Shown in pieces: positions 38,457 through 47,341 of a stretch of 64,000 bases of DNA. The stretch lies in the IMG/VR virus record IMGVR_UViG_3300025133_009393; one strand, given 5' to 3'. This stretch comes from a virus. The notes under the pieces are model-generated. The model made no database searches. It saw only the letters and a list, made by a program, of their open reading frames with translations, and was not told where the DNA came from. A program made the translations under genes and the position numbers. The stretch's first letter is position 1. Every line of letters starts with the position of its first letter.

Positions 38457-39332
38457 CTATAGCTTTGCTTTCTGGTGCCAATAAGGATTTGCTAGCTTCT
38501 TACGAGAGGCTGCTTCTACTTCTGTCATTCTTTTGACACCATCGCCCATTGATTTTGCGGCAATATTCAAATAGCGTACCAACGTCTTAAAGCCTTGAGG
38601 CTCCAAAGATGCTGCCTGATCAGATCCGTACATTGTTCTATCTAGAGTAATATGTCTCTCGATACTAGTGGCGCCCAGAATAAAAGCCGCTACAGAAATT
38701 TGCAGGCCTCGCTCATGGCCACTATACCCAACATCGCAATTATATGCTTCTCTTAAAGCACTAATCATTTTAAGATTTGCCTCCTCATCTTCCATTGGGT
38801 AAGACGAGTTACAATGCATCAGCTCAAACGGACATTTATGATTTTCAAAAATCTTTACTGCGTTCTGTATTTCATCCAAAGTACTCATGCCAGTTGAAAT
38901 AAAAGTGTATTTTCCTTCTTCTGCAACCTTATGTAACATTGGATCTAGAGTTAGCATAGCCGATGCCACTTTGTTATATTTTAAATCATACTTGCGCAAG
39001 AATTCTTGACTTTTCAAATCCCATGCCGAGGCGAACCATTCAATATTTACCTTCTTACAAAATGCATCAATCTGATCATACTCTGCTTCACCAAATTCTA
39101 AACCATTTTTCTGTTCTCTATTTGTCTTTCCAAATGGACTTTCTCTAAATCGATCTAGATCTTCCGGAGTGTACACATCTTCTACTGTTCGTTTTTGAAA
39201 TTTTACAGCGTCGAAGCCGGCTTTTTTCGCCTCTACGATAAGCTTTTTAGCTGTTTTCATATCTCCATTGTGATTGATACCAATTTCTGCAATCAAAAAT
39301 GGTTTCTTTTCGTTTTTACCCGTTTCAAACAT
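38457..39332 (-). CDS. neuB: N-acetylneuraminate synthase family protein (short form, no SAF domain), copy 1
   Basis: IAEIGINHNG, KFQKR, ISTGMS, HCNSSYP, GYSGHE, IERHITLDR...GSDQ. Confidence 0.93.
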   Translation of the reverse strand: MFETGKNEKKPFLIAEIGINHNGDMKTAKKLIVEAKKAGFDAVKFQKRTVEDVYTPEDLDRFRESPFGKTNREQKNGLEFGEAEYDQIDAFCKKVNIEWFASAWDLKSQEFLRKYDLKYNKVASAMLTLDPMLHKVAEEGKYTFISTGMSTLDEIQNAVKIFENHKCPFELMHCNSSYPMEDEEANLKMISALREAYNCDVGYSGHERGLQISVAAFILGATSIERHITLDRTMYGSDQAASLEPQGFKTLVRYLNIAAKSMGDGVKRMTEVEAASRKKLANPYWHQKAKL

Positions 39333-39368
39333 AGTTCACCTCTCTTAAAATGTTGTTTTACGTGCCTT

Positions 39369-39397
39369 ACTATAACATATTTTACTATTTTTGTAAA
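39369..39397 (-). promoter_or_regulatory. Sigma70-type promoter upstream of neuB copy 1
   Basis: TTTACA (39397-39392) - 17 nt - TATAGT (39374-39369) with TG extension, in a 78-nt intergenic gap; GAGAGGTGA RBS follows. Confidence 0.65.
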
Positions 39398-39410
39398 GCC
39401 ACAACAGCTG

Positions 39411-40367
39411 TTATGCAAACTTCTGCAGCTTTTTATATTTCTCTTCTAAGGGGAAATTCTGCCTAGATATATCAGTAGACATATTCGAAGGATGTCCTTC
39501 TCCTAGGTTTTGAAATTTTACATTCTTTCCTATATCGTTAAGGAGATAGTCCCATAGAAATACGTAACCTCTCTTATAAACTCCATAATTACCCTTTCCA
39601 GTGCGTACTTTCTTTCCCTGAAAAGCATGCTTGACCACTTCTCCGTTTTCGTCTCCCTTCTTAAGACCGTCCATTCCTACGATATGTACTTCTTTGGCGC
39701 CAAGCAAAACAGCCATACACAACAACCTAGGAACTGTACCTATCTTACAACGAAATCTAGTGTGTGCGTATATAGCCCTATCCGGATACTTGTTCTTGAT
39801 AGATTGGAAATAATCTTCTTTCTTAAATTTATCTTCAATGCATATGATTGTTGAATTATTCTCTAGGTAATTGTGAAACTTTTCGTTATTTTCACTAAAA
39901 TCTGTCTCACCGGTAAAAAAGGCAAACGAAACATCTATATTCTTCATCTTTTCATTGTGATAAAAATGATTGCAAGAAAAAACATAGTCATACTCTTCGG
40001 GATCCCAATCACACTGTATCGCGGTGGGGCCTGCGCCGACGACCAAAATTTTACTATCTTTGAATTTTTCCAATTGAGGAATATTCTGGAAGATGGCCTC
40101 TTCGCTGCACAACATATCCTCTCCAAAAGCGTCATGATATAACTCTTTAACGAAAGATAAACCATATTGTTGATTATTGAGAAAATCTTCCTTGCTGCTC
40201 ATAAATGAACTATACAAACTAGGTGTGTTTGTCCAATTTTGAGCGGAAGAGAAACGTACTCCCTCTTCCAGATCTAGCCAGTGCGTTGCGTATTTGCCTT
40301 CTTTTACCTTTATTCGAGGCATTTTCTTGCAATTATTCCAAATAATCTCGTATTCATTATCAATCAT
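39411..40367 (-). CDS. Putative nonulosonate transferase, GT42 (CstII)/Maf-like
   Basis: ILVVGAGPT...YVFSCNHFY...AVLLGAKEVHIVGMDG parallels CstII IIAGNGPS...VFRCNQFY...AIALGYKEIYLSGIDF. Confidence 0.65.
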   Translation of the reverse strand: MIDNEYEIIWNNCKKMPRIKVKEGKYATHWLDLEEGVRFSSAQNWTNTPSLYSSFMSSKEDFLNNQQYGLSFVKELYHDAFGEDMLCSEEAIFQNIPQLEKFKDSKILVVGAGPTAIQCDWDPEEYDYVFSCNHFYHNEKMKNIDVSFAFFTGETDFSENNEKFHNYLENNSTIICIEDKFKKEDYFQSIKNKYPDRAIYAHTRFRCKIGTVPRLLCMAVLLGAKEVHIVGMDGLKKGDENGEVVKHAFQGKKVRTGKGNYGVYKRGYVFLWDYLLNDIGKNVKFQNLGEGHPSNMSTDISRQNFPLEEKYKKLQKFA

Positions 40368-41016
40368 TTATTTTCTCCACTTCTGCTAATTTAATTAATA
40401 GTTTTTTGCCATCAGATGTTTTGATATAAGCGTTAGGGTATGGATCTGATAACATTCGTATCTTGTTATAAAGATAACCTGACGGCTTACTCGCAAGTTC
40501 ATCTAGTGTTATTTCGCTTTGTTTTGGAGTGCGCCTAGGGTAATAAGTTGCTTTAGTTTCGTCTTGCTTGGCCGGCCTAGGCATTTCGTTTAAAATTTCT
40601 TTTGTCATCTCTGTGCCTTTTTCCACTATTCTCATAAATATTTCTTCCAAAGAGCCTCTTAACGACAAGTCTTTCTGCACTAGAATATCGCCAGCATCAT
40701 ACTCTTCATTTATTATAAATAAAGTAATTTTAGTATCTAATACTCCTCTTATAATTTGATTTTGCAAAGGAGAGCCACCTCTAAATCTAGGAAGATCAGA
40801 AGGGTGTAGCATAATTGATTTAAAATTTTTATGTATCTCCTCGTCAATTTGCCAACTCCATCCATAAAAAAATATAATATCTGGTTGAAAATCGAAGATT
40901 TTATTATTGTTAAAGCTCTCTTTGTTCAAAATTAAAAAGTCACATTCTAGATCTTTTATTAAATTTTGATATATTTCTATAGCCCACTTTCGATAGCCAA
41001 CGCAAGCTAGCTTCAC
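40360..41016 (-). CDS. N10-formyl-THF-dependent formyltransferase (sugar N-formyltransferase-like)
   Basis: LHPSDLPRFRGGSPL, YDAGDI, DPYPNAY. GTG start overlapping the upstream TGA (the ORF track extends it to 41022). Confidence 0.85.
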   Translation of the reverse strand: MKLACVGYRKWAIEIYQNLIKDLECDFLILNKESFNNNKIFDFQPDIIFFYGWSWQIDEEIHKNFKSIMLHPSDLPRFRGGSPLQNQIIRGVLDTKITLFIINEEYDAGDILVQKDLSLRGSLEEIFMRIVEKGTEMTKEILNEMPRPAKQDETKATYYPRRTPKQSEITLDELASKPSGYLYNKIRMLSDPYPNAYIKTSDGKKLLIKLAEVEKIND

Positions 41017-41687
41017 TTGCACATCCTTACAATCTGAAACGCTTCTGCATATTTATAACCACTTTGCATACCTCGCGACATAGACAAAGTTTTAATTCCC
41101 TCATCGCTCCTGGGGAATGGCCAAGGGCGACATTCAGTGAAATATTCTTTTATGGCCAGACACTTATTTTGCACATCTTCTTCGGACAAATTATAAAACA
41201 TATTTGGACAAAACGAGTCTTTAAAGCCCCACTCAGTACTACTCAACACCTCATAGCATAGTACTCTTTTTACAGTCGACATGCCAGGACGAGTTGCTAT
41301 CATTGTAGCATCATGCACTTTTCTATGATCAGTGTTGCTATCACTGCTCCAGTGAGTAAAGACAGTATCCGGTTTGAAATCTTGGATCTCTTTTTCGATC
41401 ATTTTGTTTATTGTTAGCTGCGGAACTTGATCTAATCTTCCACATGGCAAGTTGTTAAAAACAATATTAGATACTCTCACCCTTGATAATGCTCGACAAG
41501 CAGAATCATTACGAATTTGTATTTCTTTAGCGTATTTTTCTTGATCACTTGAATCAAAACGACATGTCGTGCCCTCGGCTATAAAAACAACCTTAAAATC
41601 GATTGATTTTGAAAACCTACTCATTATGCCGCCGCAGCCAAGAAGCTCATCGTCTGGGTGTGCAGCTATTACCAATGCTTTTTTCAT
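41013..41687 (-). CDS. PIG-L/LmbE-family N-deacetylase
   Basis: IAAHPDDELLGCGG, VFTH...DH, YE...S, AEAF. Start at ATG 41687 after GAGGAG. Confidence 0.9.
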   Translation of the reverse strand: MKKALVIAAHPDDELLGCGGIMSRFSKSIDFKVVFIAEGTTCRFDSSDQEKYAKEIQIRNDSACRALSRVRVSNIVFNNLPCGRLDQVPQLTINKMIEKEIQDFKPDTVFTHWSSDSNTDHRKVHDATMIATRPGMSTVKRVLCYEVLSSTEWGFKDSFCPNMFYNLSEEDVQNKCLAIKEYFTECRPWPFPRSDEGIKTLSMSRGMQSGYKYAEAFQIVRMCK

Positions 41688-42210
41688 AGTCTCCTCTAAG
41701 TAAAGATAAAATATGAGAATTATAGTACTTCCCATTATAATAATAATGCTGTCTCAAAGTAGCATCAATCGCAAAACCAGCTTTTTTGAAAAATTCCAGC
41801 TTCTTGTTGTCAATCTCATATATCTCAGCCCAAATCTTATTCATATTCATTATATGAAAACCGCGTTTAAGCATTAGTTCTAAAGCGCGTGGTGCATATT
41901 TTTCATCTATCCATTGAGCGTCTTGTCCGATATAAAAATGCAAATCACAGTGCTTGTTTAGCCAGTCTATATAAGTAAAACCAGCAACACCAACTGGATC
42001 TTTGCTTTCAACGAAGTTATCATAAATCATAAACATTTCAAATCGATCATCGTTAATCATTGAATCATACCACTTTTCTTTTTGAGAAAGTGAGAATTCT
42101 CTATATTCTCTAAAGTATCTTCTTAAATTTTCATTGTTTCTCCAGCGCTGTAATAGTTTTAAATCATCTTTCTCAATAGCCCTGATTCCAACAACTTCGT
42201 TGGCTATCAT
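41647..42210 (-). CDS. GNAT/RimJ-family N-acetyltransferase (PseH-like)
   Basis: IRAIEKDDL...WRN...YIG...KIWAEIYE...FFKKAGF...LRQH. Confidence 0.8.
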   Translation of the reverse strand: MIANEVVGIRAIEKDDLKLLQRWRNNENLRRYFREYREFSLSQKEKWYDSMINDDRFEMFMIYDNFVESKDPVGVAGFTYIDWLNKHCDLHFYIGQDAQWIDEKYAPRALELMLKRGFHIMNMNKIWAEIYEIDNKKLEFFKKAGFAIDATLRQHYYYNGKYYNSHILSLLRGDYEKSIGNSCTPRR

Positions 42211-43271
42211 CAAACATGCTCCTTTCTAAAATAATCTCCACTTTTAATCAACTTGTTAATTTTCTTTCCGATAATTTCATCAACTTTATTAATTGATATC
42301 GCATCCTGCGGGCTTGGTCTTTGAAACTGAATTGATTCTCGATCGATAATTTCGCCCGGGCGCATATCTCTGGTGGTTCTTATTGATCTTCTTTGCAAGA
42401 TGACAGTCTCTTCCTCGTTTGGTTGTACCTCTTTCGTACCATGACCCATAGATAACTCTAATAATCTAGCATCATCGACCATTGCACGCCAAGTTTTAGG
42501 ATCCATAGAAAAAGGATGATCAGGCCCGGGACGGCTAGTATCATCAGTAAAGTGTTTTTCAATAACTCTTGCGCCTAGGGCAATTGCTCCCAAAGCCGTA
42601 ACATGACCCAAAGTATGATCACTAAGTCCTAAAATTAAATCCGGATACATAGCCTGATATGTTTTAAGTACATTTAAATTAATGTACTTAAAATTTTCTT
42701 TTTTTGCAGTGTAGTTTGTATTACACTGCATCAATACAATCTGGCTATTATGAGGTCGGATAACTTCGACGGCTCTTTGGACTTCTCCAATATTCCCAGC
42801 GCCGGTTGCAAGAAGCACCGGCTTATTTGTCTCTGCGACGCTCTGTAACATTGCTTCCCATCCAAGGTCACCGCTTCCAATCTTGAAAGCAGGAACAAAT
42901 TCATTTAAATGTTGTACCATATCTAAATCGTACGGTGTTGAAAAAAAAGTTATTTGTAATTTTTTACAATGCTCTCTTAATTCTTGCGTCCAATTCAAAG
43001 GTACTTCTGCGTCTTTGTAGACTTCAAAAATCGATTTTTTCCAAGACGATTGATGGCTAAATTTGCCACCTAAATTTTTAAAACCATAGTCGCTTACATA
43101 TTTTGTAACATCATGGTGCTGGAATTTTACAGCGTTTGCGCCGGCTTGTTTTGCAAGCTCAATTAGTTTCTTTGCTCTTTCTAAGTTTCCATCATGATTG
43201 GCTGCAATATCAGCAATAAAATAAGTCTTAGAATTTTTTGAAATTTTACAGTTATCTATCTTTATAATCAT
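42210..43271 (-). CDS. neuB: N-acetylneuraminate synthase family protein with C-terminal SAF/AFP-like domain (PseI/LegI/SpsE-like), copy 2
   Basis: IADIAANHDG, KFQ, FSTPYD, KIGSGD, QCNTNY, GLSDHT, IEKHFT, GPDH, then RRSI...RP SAF tail. Confidence 0.93.
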   Translation of the reverse strand: MIIKIDNCKISKNSKTYFIADIAANHDGNLERAKKLIELAKQAGANAVKFQHHDVTKYVSDYGFKNLGGKFSHQSSWKKSIFEVYKDAEVPLNWTQELREHCKKLQITFFSTPYDLDMVQHLNEFVPAFKIGSGDLGWEAMLQSVAETNKPVLLATGAGNIGEVQRAVEVIRPHNSQIVLMQCNTNYTAKKENFKYINLNVLKTYQAMYPDLILGLSDHTLGHVTALGAIALGARVIEKHFTDDTSRPGPDHPFSMDPKTWRAMVDDARLLELSMGHGTKEVQPNEEETVILQRRSIRTTRDMRPGEIIDRESIQFQRPSPQDAISINKVDEIIGKKINKLIKSGDYFRKEHV

Positions 43272-44001
43272 TTTTTATTATCTCCATGCCTTCCAAAAAA
43301 GATACCGTCTTGTCCGGGTTTTCTAAAACAAGGTCTTGATATTCTATTTCAACAGGATTTATCAACTGTTGATCTAATCCAAGGATCTTTGCTAGTTCTG
43401 TTAAGAATTGATATTTGCTTATAGTTCTGTCACTTGCTATAGTATAAACCCCGCTTATTTTATTGTCAAGTAATTCTTTAATACATTCCGAAAGTTGATC
43501 AACATGTACAGGATTAAAAAAACTATTTTCATATCCGTTTATTTGCTTTCCATTTTTTAAACTGGTAAAAGCCCACTCAGCCAGATTTGAGGAACCATAT
43601 ATATTTGTTCGAATTACTAAATTATCTTCGTCCAGCAAGGCTATATTTTCACCTACTTTTTTAGTTTCAAAATAAACATTTTTTTTGTAAATTGATTTTT
43701 TCCATACTGGAATTGTCGAAATATACACAAGCTTTTTACAATGCTTACTGAGCAAATCGTTTATATAGGCATGTAAGATTTTACATTTTTCTCTATTTTC
43801 TTGGCAATACTTTAAATTTGTAAAAGCTGCACAATGTATTATTACATCATAATATTTATCTACGAACCATTTATTAGTTTCTTGAATATTAGTTAAATCT
43901 AAATCTTGTTTTCCATTCAACATATCCGCCGCCGGAAATATGTTAGATAATGATGAACCTAACATGCCGGTGGCGCCGGTTATAAGAATTTTATCATTCA
44001 T
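43252..44001 (-). CDS. RmlD-like NDP-4-keto-6-deoxysugar reductase
   Basis: ITGATGMLG, IIHCAA, YIST, YFETK (YxxxK), IRTNIYG, SKYQF. Confidence 0.8.
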   Translation of the reverse strand: MNDKILITGATGMLGSSLSNIFPAADMLNGKQDLDLTNIQETNKWFVDKYYDVIIHCAAFTNLKYCQENREKCKILHAYINDLLSKHCKKLVYISTIPVWKKSIYKKNVYFETKKVGENIALLDEDNLVIRTNIYGSSNLAEWAFTSLKNGKQINGYENSFFNPVHVDQLSECIKELLDNKISGVYTIASDRTISKYQFLTELAKILGLDQQLINPVEIEYQDLVLENPDKTVSFLEGMEIIKNDYKDR

Positions 44002-44003
44002 TT

Positions 44004-44702
44004 TTATTTTGTAACTTTAACAAAATGTTCAAAACCATTTGATGCATCTGGCGCATCATCGATATGTATAGTTCCTTTATCTTGATACAATTCATTAAAA
44101 TTATGTATATATCTCATACGGGTATTTGGCTTCTTTGAAAAAGACTCACCATGTTCTTCAGCATGTACAATACCTAAATTCGTATGATCATATATGCTAT
44201 TTACTATATTAGTTATATATTTTGTGTCTAGAAATCCTTTGGTAATCGCGATGACCTGTCCCGTGGCCGCTACCATGGTAGACCGATCTGATTCATCCCA
44301 ATTTGGAATATGTATTAACACTCCAGCTGTAAAAATTACATCAAATTTTCTACCTTTTAATTTACTTGATAAATCATAAATCGAGCCATGTATAGTTTCC
44401 ATAGCATCTAATTTAGATTTTGCATATTCTAATGCAGGCTTGTTAATATCATATCCTGTTAATTCAACAGATGAATCTAATTTGTGAATTTCTCGTAAAT
44501 TATATCCTCCTAGGCATCCTATTTCTAAAATCGACCTTGGATTAAGCTCAAGTATAAATTCTGCTAGTTTTGCTCTTCTTTCTGTTTTAAAATTTTCATA
44601 ACCAGAATGATCAAATTCGGACGTGCTAGCCCAATGTTTTTCTAATTCTTTAACTATCCAGGGTGTAGAAAGCGTGCGAGGAGGGTTGTTAGACTGTTTC
44701 AT
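44004..44702 (-). CDS. Class I SAM-dependent methyltransferase (pseudaminic-acid-locus-associated type)
   Basis: SILEIGCLGGYNL, GYDIN, FDVIFTAGVLIHI. Confidence 0.8.
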   Translation of the reverse strand: MKQSNNPPRTLSTPWIVKELEKHWASTSEFDHSGYENFKTERRAKLAEFILELNPRSILEIGCLGGYNLREIHKLDSSVELTGYDINKPALEYAKSKLDAMETIHGSIYDLSSKLKGRKFDVIFTAGVLIHIPNWDESDRSTMVAATGQVIAITKGFLDTKYITNIVNSIYDHTNLGIVHAEEHGESFSKKPNTRMRYIHNFNELYQDKGTIHIDDAPDASNGFEHFVKVTK

Positions 44703-44730
44703 TTTTTTCTCTCATTTTTATGTTTAATGT

Positions 44731-44782
44731 TATTAACATTTTAATCCTTTTTCTATTAACATTTTAATCCTTTTTCTATTAA
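44731..44782. repeat. Perfect 23-bp tandem duplication of the 3' end of the pseB-like gene
   Basis: TATTAACATTTTAATCCTTTTTC at 44731-44753 and 44754-44776, plus a partial third copy (TATTAA). Confidence 0.95.
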
Positions 44783-45739
44783 TTCTGCTAATTCGTTTAT
44801 ATCTTCTTTAACCCATAGGCCTGAATTAAACTCGGGGCCATGGTACTTGTTCCAATCCTGATATGTTTTTTTTGTATATTGAGGTCTAATTTGTAATAAA
44901 TTTATATTAGGTACTTCATATGTAAAATCTAATTCAGTTTTTGCTAACATATCCTCATGTAATTTTTCTCCTGGCCGGAGGCCTACGATGTTTATTTTTG
45001 ACTTAATAGTTGATATTTTTTCTAAGGCTTGTATACACAAAGGAAGTGTGTAAGAGTCAATCTGAGGCACAAAAACTTCACCTCCTATAGAATTTTGTAA
45101 TGCTCCTAAAACACAGTCGACAGCATCTTCTAATGTAAATAAAAATCTAGTCATTTCCACTGATGTTACTTGTAGCACTTCTCCCTTTTTCATCATATCT
45201 AACCATAAAGGAATAAAAGATCCTCGCGATGCAATTACATTTCCATATCTAACTGATGAAAATATAGTTGTATTGGAATTATAATCGTAATTTGTAAATA
45301 TTCTTTCTGCAATAAATTTACTCGACCCATAAACATTAACAGGCTGGCATGCTTTATCTGTCGAAACTAAAATACATTTTTTAATATTATTTTCTAATGC
45401 TGCTCTTGCAACATTTTCAGACCCTAATATATTTGTTTTTACACACTCATCAGGATGAATTTCCATATCATCGATACGTTTAAGTGCTGCAGCATGTATA
45501 ATATAATCTGGCTTATGGCGTTTTAATGTAACATTAAATTTATCATAATCTCTAATATCGCCAATTACACACTTTACTACAGGATCTCTACCAAAAATTA
45601 AAGCTTGCTTGCCCTCGTCGCGACTAAAAACAATTATTTCCCATTTCGGAAATTGCTCTTTAATCTTCTTGATCAAAGCTTTACCGAGCGATCCAGTGCC
45701 GCCGGTAATCATAATCTTCTTACTTTCTATCCTTTGCAT
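44756..45739 (-). CDS. pseB: UDP-GlcNAc 4,6-dehydratase, PseB/FlaA1/FnlA family
   Basis: ITGGTGSLG, FSRDEGKQ, GDIRD, HAAALK, STDKA, YGSSK, VRYGNVIASRGS, MTRF, RPGEKLHE. Inverting versus retaining activity cannot be read from the sequence. Confidence 0.85.
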   Translation of the reverse strand: MQRIESKKIMITGGTGSLGKALIKKIKEQFPKWEIIVFSRDEGKQALIFGRDPVVKCVIGDIRDYDKFNVTLKRHKPDYIIHAAALKRIDDMEIHPDECVKTNILGSENVARAALENNIKKCILVSTDKACQPVNVYGSSKFIAERIFTNYDYNSNTTIFSSVRYGNVIASRGSFIPLWLDMMKKGEVLQVTSVEMTRFLFTLEDAVDCVLGALQNSIGGEVFVPQIDSYTLPLCIQALEKISTIKSKINIVGLRPGEKLHEDMLAKTELDFTYEVPNINLLQIRPQYTKKTYQDWNKYHGPEFNSGLWVKEDINELAELIEKGLKC

Positions 45740-46622
45740 TTTGTTTTATCCCTCTGTAAGCATTGTATTTGCTATCCTCGCCTAAATTATTATACTCTAC
45801 ATTTAAATTTAGGCTAAACAAGTGGTGCCAAAAAACAAAAGCTTGTTGTTCAAAGCGCGCCGTATCATAAAAAGGCGGTGGATTTTTCTTGTCTTCAAAA
45901 GTATGAACTTTCATGTCATCACTCAAGAAACCATCCAATCCGACATAATCGATTTTTTTAGCTCCCAATAGCGCTGCTAAAAGTATAGCCCTTGATGTAT
46001 AACCTAAGCGCGAAAAGTACCTAGTCAAGAATAAAAAAACATCTGCTCCGTGATTTTTAAATTGATTCAAAGGATCTATGCCTCTGCGATCTGAATGTTC
46101 AAAGCCAATCAATGGATTAAATCTTTCGACATACTCAGCCAATGCTGAATCTTTTAAATCAACTTGGTGTCCCAGCAAGAGCAGATCTGCTTTTATATCC
46201 TTAAATCTTTCAGTTTTGTAAAAATAATTGCAAGAAAAAACATGATCATATTCACATACTTTTTCTGCATCTAGCTCATTGGTGCTGGGACCACCGCCGA
46301 GGACCAAAACCGAAGATCCAAGAAACTTTGCAAAGCTCTTGTTTCCGGTAATAACAACTTCTGGCGATAAAATTAAATTTTGATAATCGTCGTATTTATT
46401 TTTAGGGCCAAAGCTTTGATTAAAAAAATCTAATGCATAGCTTTCCATCCATTCTTCCGGAGGACAATTAAAATTGAACCAGCCGCCTTCATACTGTTGG
46501 TTTCTATTATTATATCCGAACGTCTGATCAGTTTTTGTATCTAGCCATTCATTTTTATTCTTTGCTGCAACAAAGCGTTTGCTCCAATCATCTTGCAGCG
46601 TAGGTAATAATTCTTGATCCAC
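45720..46622 (-). CDS. Putative nonulosonate transferase, GT42/Maf-like (paralog of 39411-40367)
   Basis: VLVLGGGPS...HVFSCNYFY...AALLGAKKIDYVGLDGF...HTF...NLGE. Confidence 0.65.
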   Translation of the reverse strand: MDQELLPTLQDDWSKRFVAAKNKNEWLDTKTDQTFGYNNRNQQYEGGWFNFNCPPEEWMESYALDFFNQSFGPKNKYDDYQNLILSPEVVITGNKSFAKFLGSSVLVLGGGPSTNELDAEKVCEYDHVFSCNYFYKTERFKDIKADLLLLGHQVDLKDSALAEYVERFNPLIGFEHSDRRGIDPLNQFKNHGADVFLFLTRYFSRLGYTSRAILLAALLGAKKIDYVGLDGFLSDDMKVHTFEDKKNPPPFYDTARFEQQAFVFWHHLFSLNLNVEYNNLGEDSKYNAYRGIKQNAKDRK

Positions 46623-47340
46623 TGTACACTCTCTTGCTATAAAATTTAGTAAAGCCTTTGGTTGCTAAATACTGCTCTAAAAGTTGAATATTGCATGACC
46701 AATAAGTTGTAAAGTCTCCATCGACTTCATCGCCGGGATAATATATCATAACCGGTTCAGCTGAACCATCTTTCCTGGCTGGCAAAGGCCACTCTCTTCT
46801 CCAAGAATAATACTCAGCATTAATTGTCTCTATAACCACCGTTTCTTTAGTCACAGAGAGAACTTTGTCCAAAATAGATAGTGGGTTAGGCAAATGATAG
46901 AAAACGCCTAAAAACAACGCTACGTCGTGCTCTCCGACGGTCTCTGGAGATATATCCTCCAGGGGCACTATACTATCCTGTACTTTGGAGTTTAAAATCT
47001 CTCTGGCCAAAAGAAATCCTTCTTGCTGATTCCAAATATCATCTTGGGTTTTTTCATCTAATTCTTGATTAGTCCATCGATACGGATCGACAGCTAAAAC
47101 ACTAGTTGCGCCACACTTTTCAGCGTGAAACGAAAAACAACCATCGCATGCTCCGATATCGATAACACTCTTGCCTTCAAAAAGATCTGGTGTCATTTCC
47201 CACTCTTTTAAGTCCAAAAAGGTATTTTTCTTTCCAGGGGTTATTTGTCCATTTCCCAAATCAATTTGCTGGCGCCACTTGATCTTGTCGACTCGCGCAT
47301 CATGATCCGGATTTGTATATTTAAAGTTAAAGTCTGCCAT
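46588..47340 (-). CDS. Class I SAM-dependent methyltransferase (CmoB/DUF1698-like)
   Basis: GKSVIDIGACDGCFSF, LAVD, LFLGVFYHLPNP, VIET. Confidence 0.8.
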   Translation of the reverse strand: MADFNFKYTNPDHDARVDKIKWRQQIDLGNGQITPGKKNTFLDLKEWEMTPDLFEGKSVIDIGACDGCFSFHAEKCGATSVLAVDPYRWTNQELDEKTQDDIWNQQEGFLLAREILNSKVQDSIVPLEDISPETVGEHDVALFLGVFYHLPNPLSILDKVLSVTKETVVIETINAEYYSWRREWPLPARKDGSAEPVMIYYPGDEVDGDFTTYWSCNIQLLEQYLATKGFTKFYSKRVYSGSRIITYAAR

Positions 47341-47341
47341 T

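Noticed and set aside
40360-41016. Methionyl-tRNA formyltransferase (fmt)
   Set aside because: Too short (lacks the full C-terminal tRNA-binding domain) and embedded between a deacetylase and a transferase in a sugar locus.
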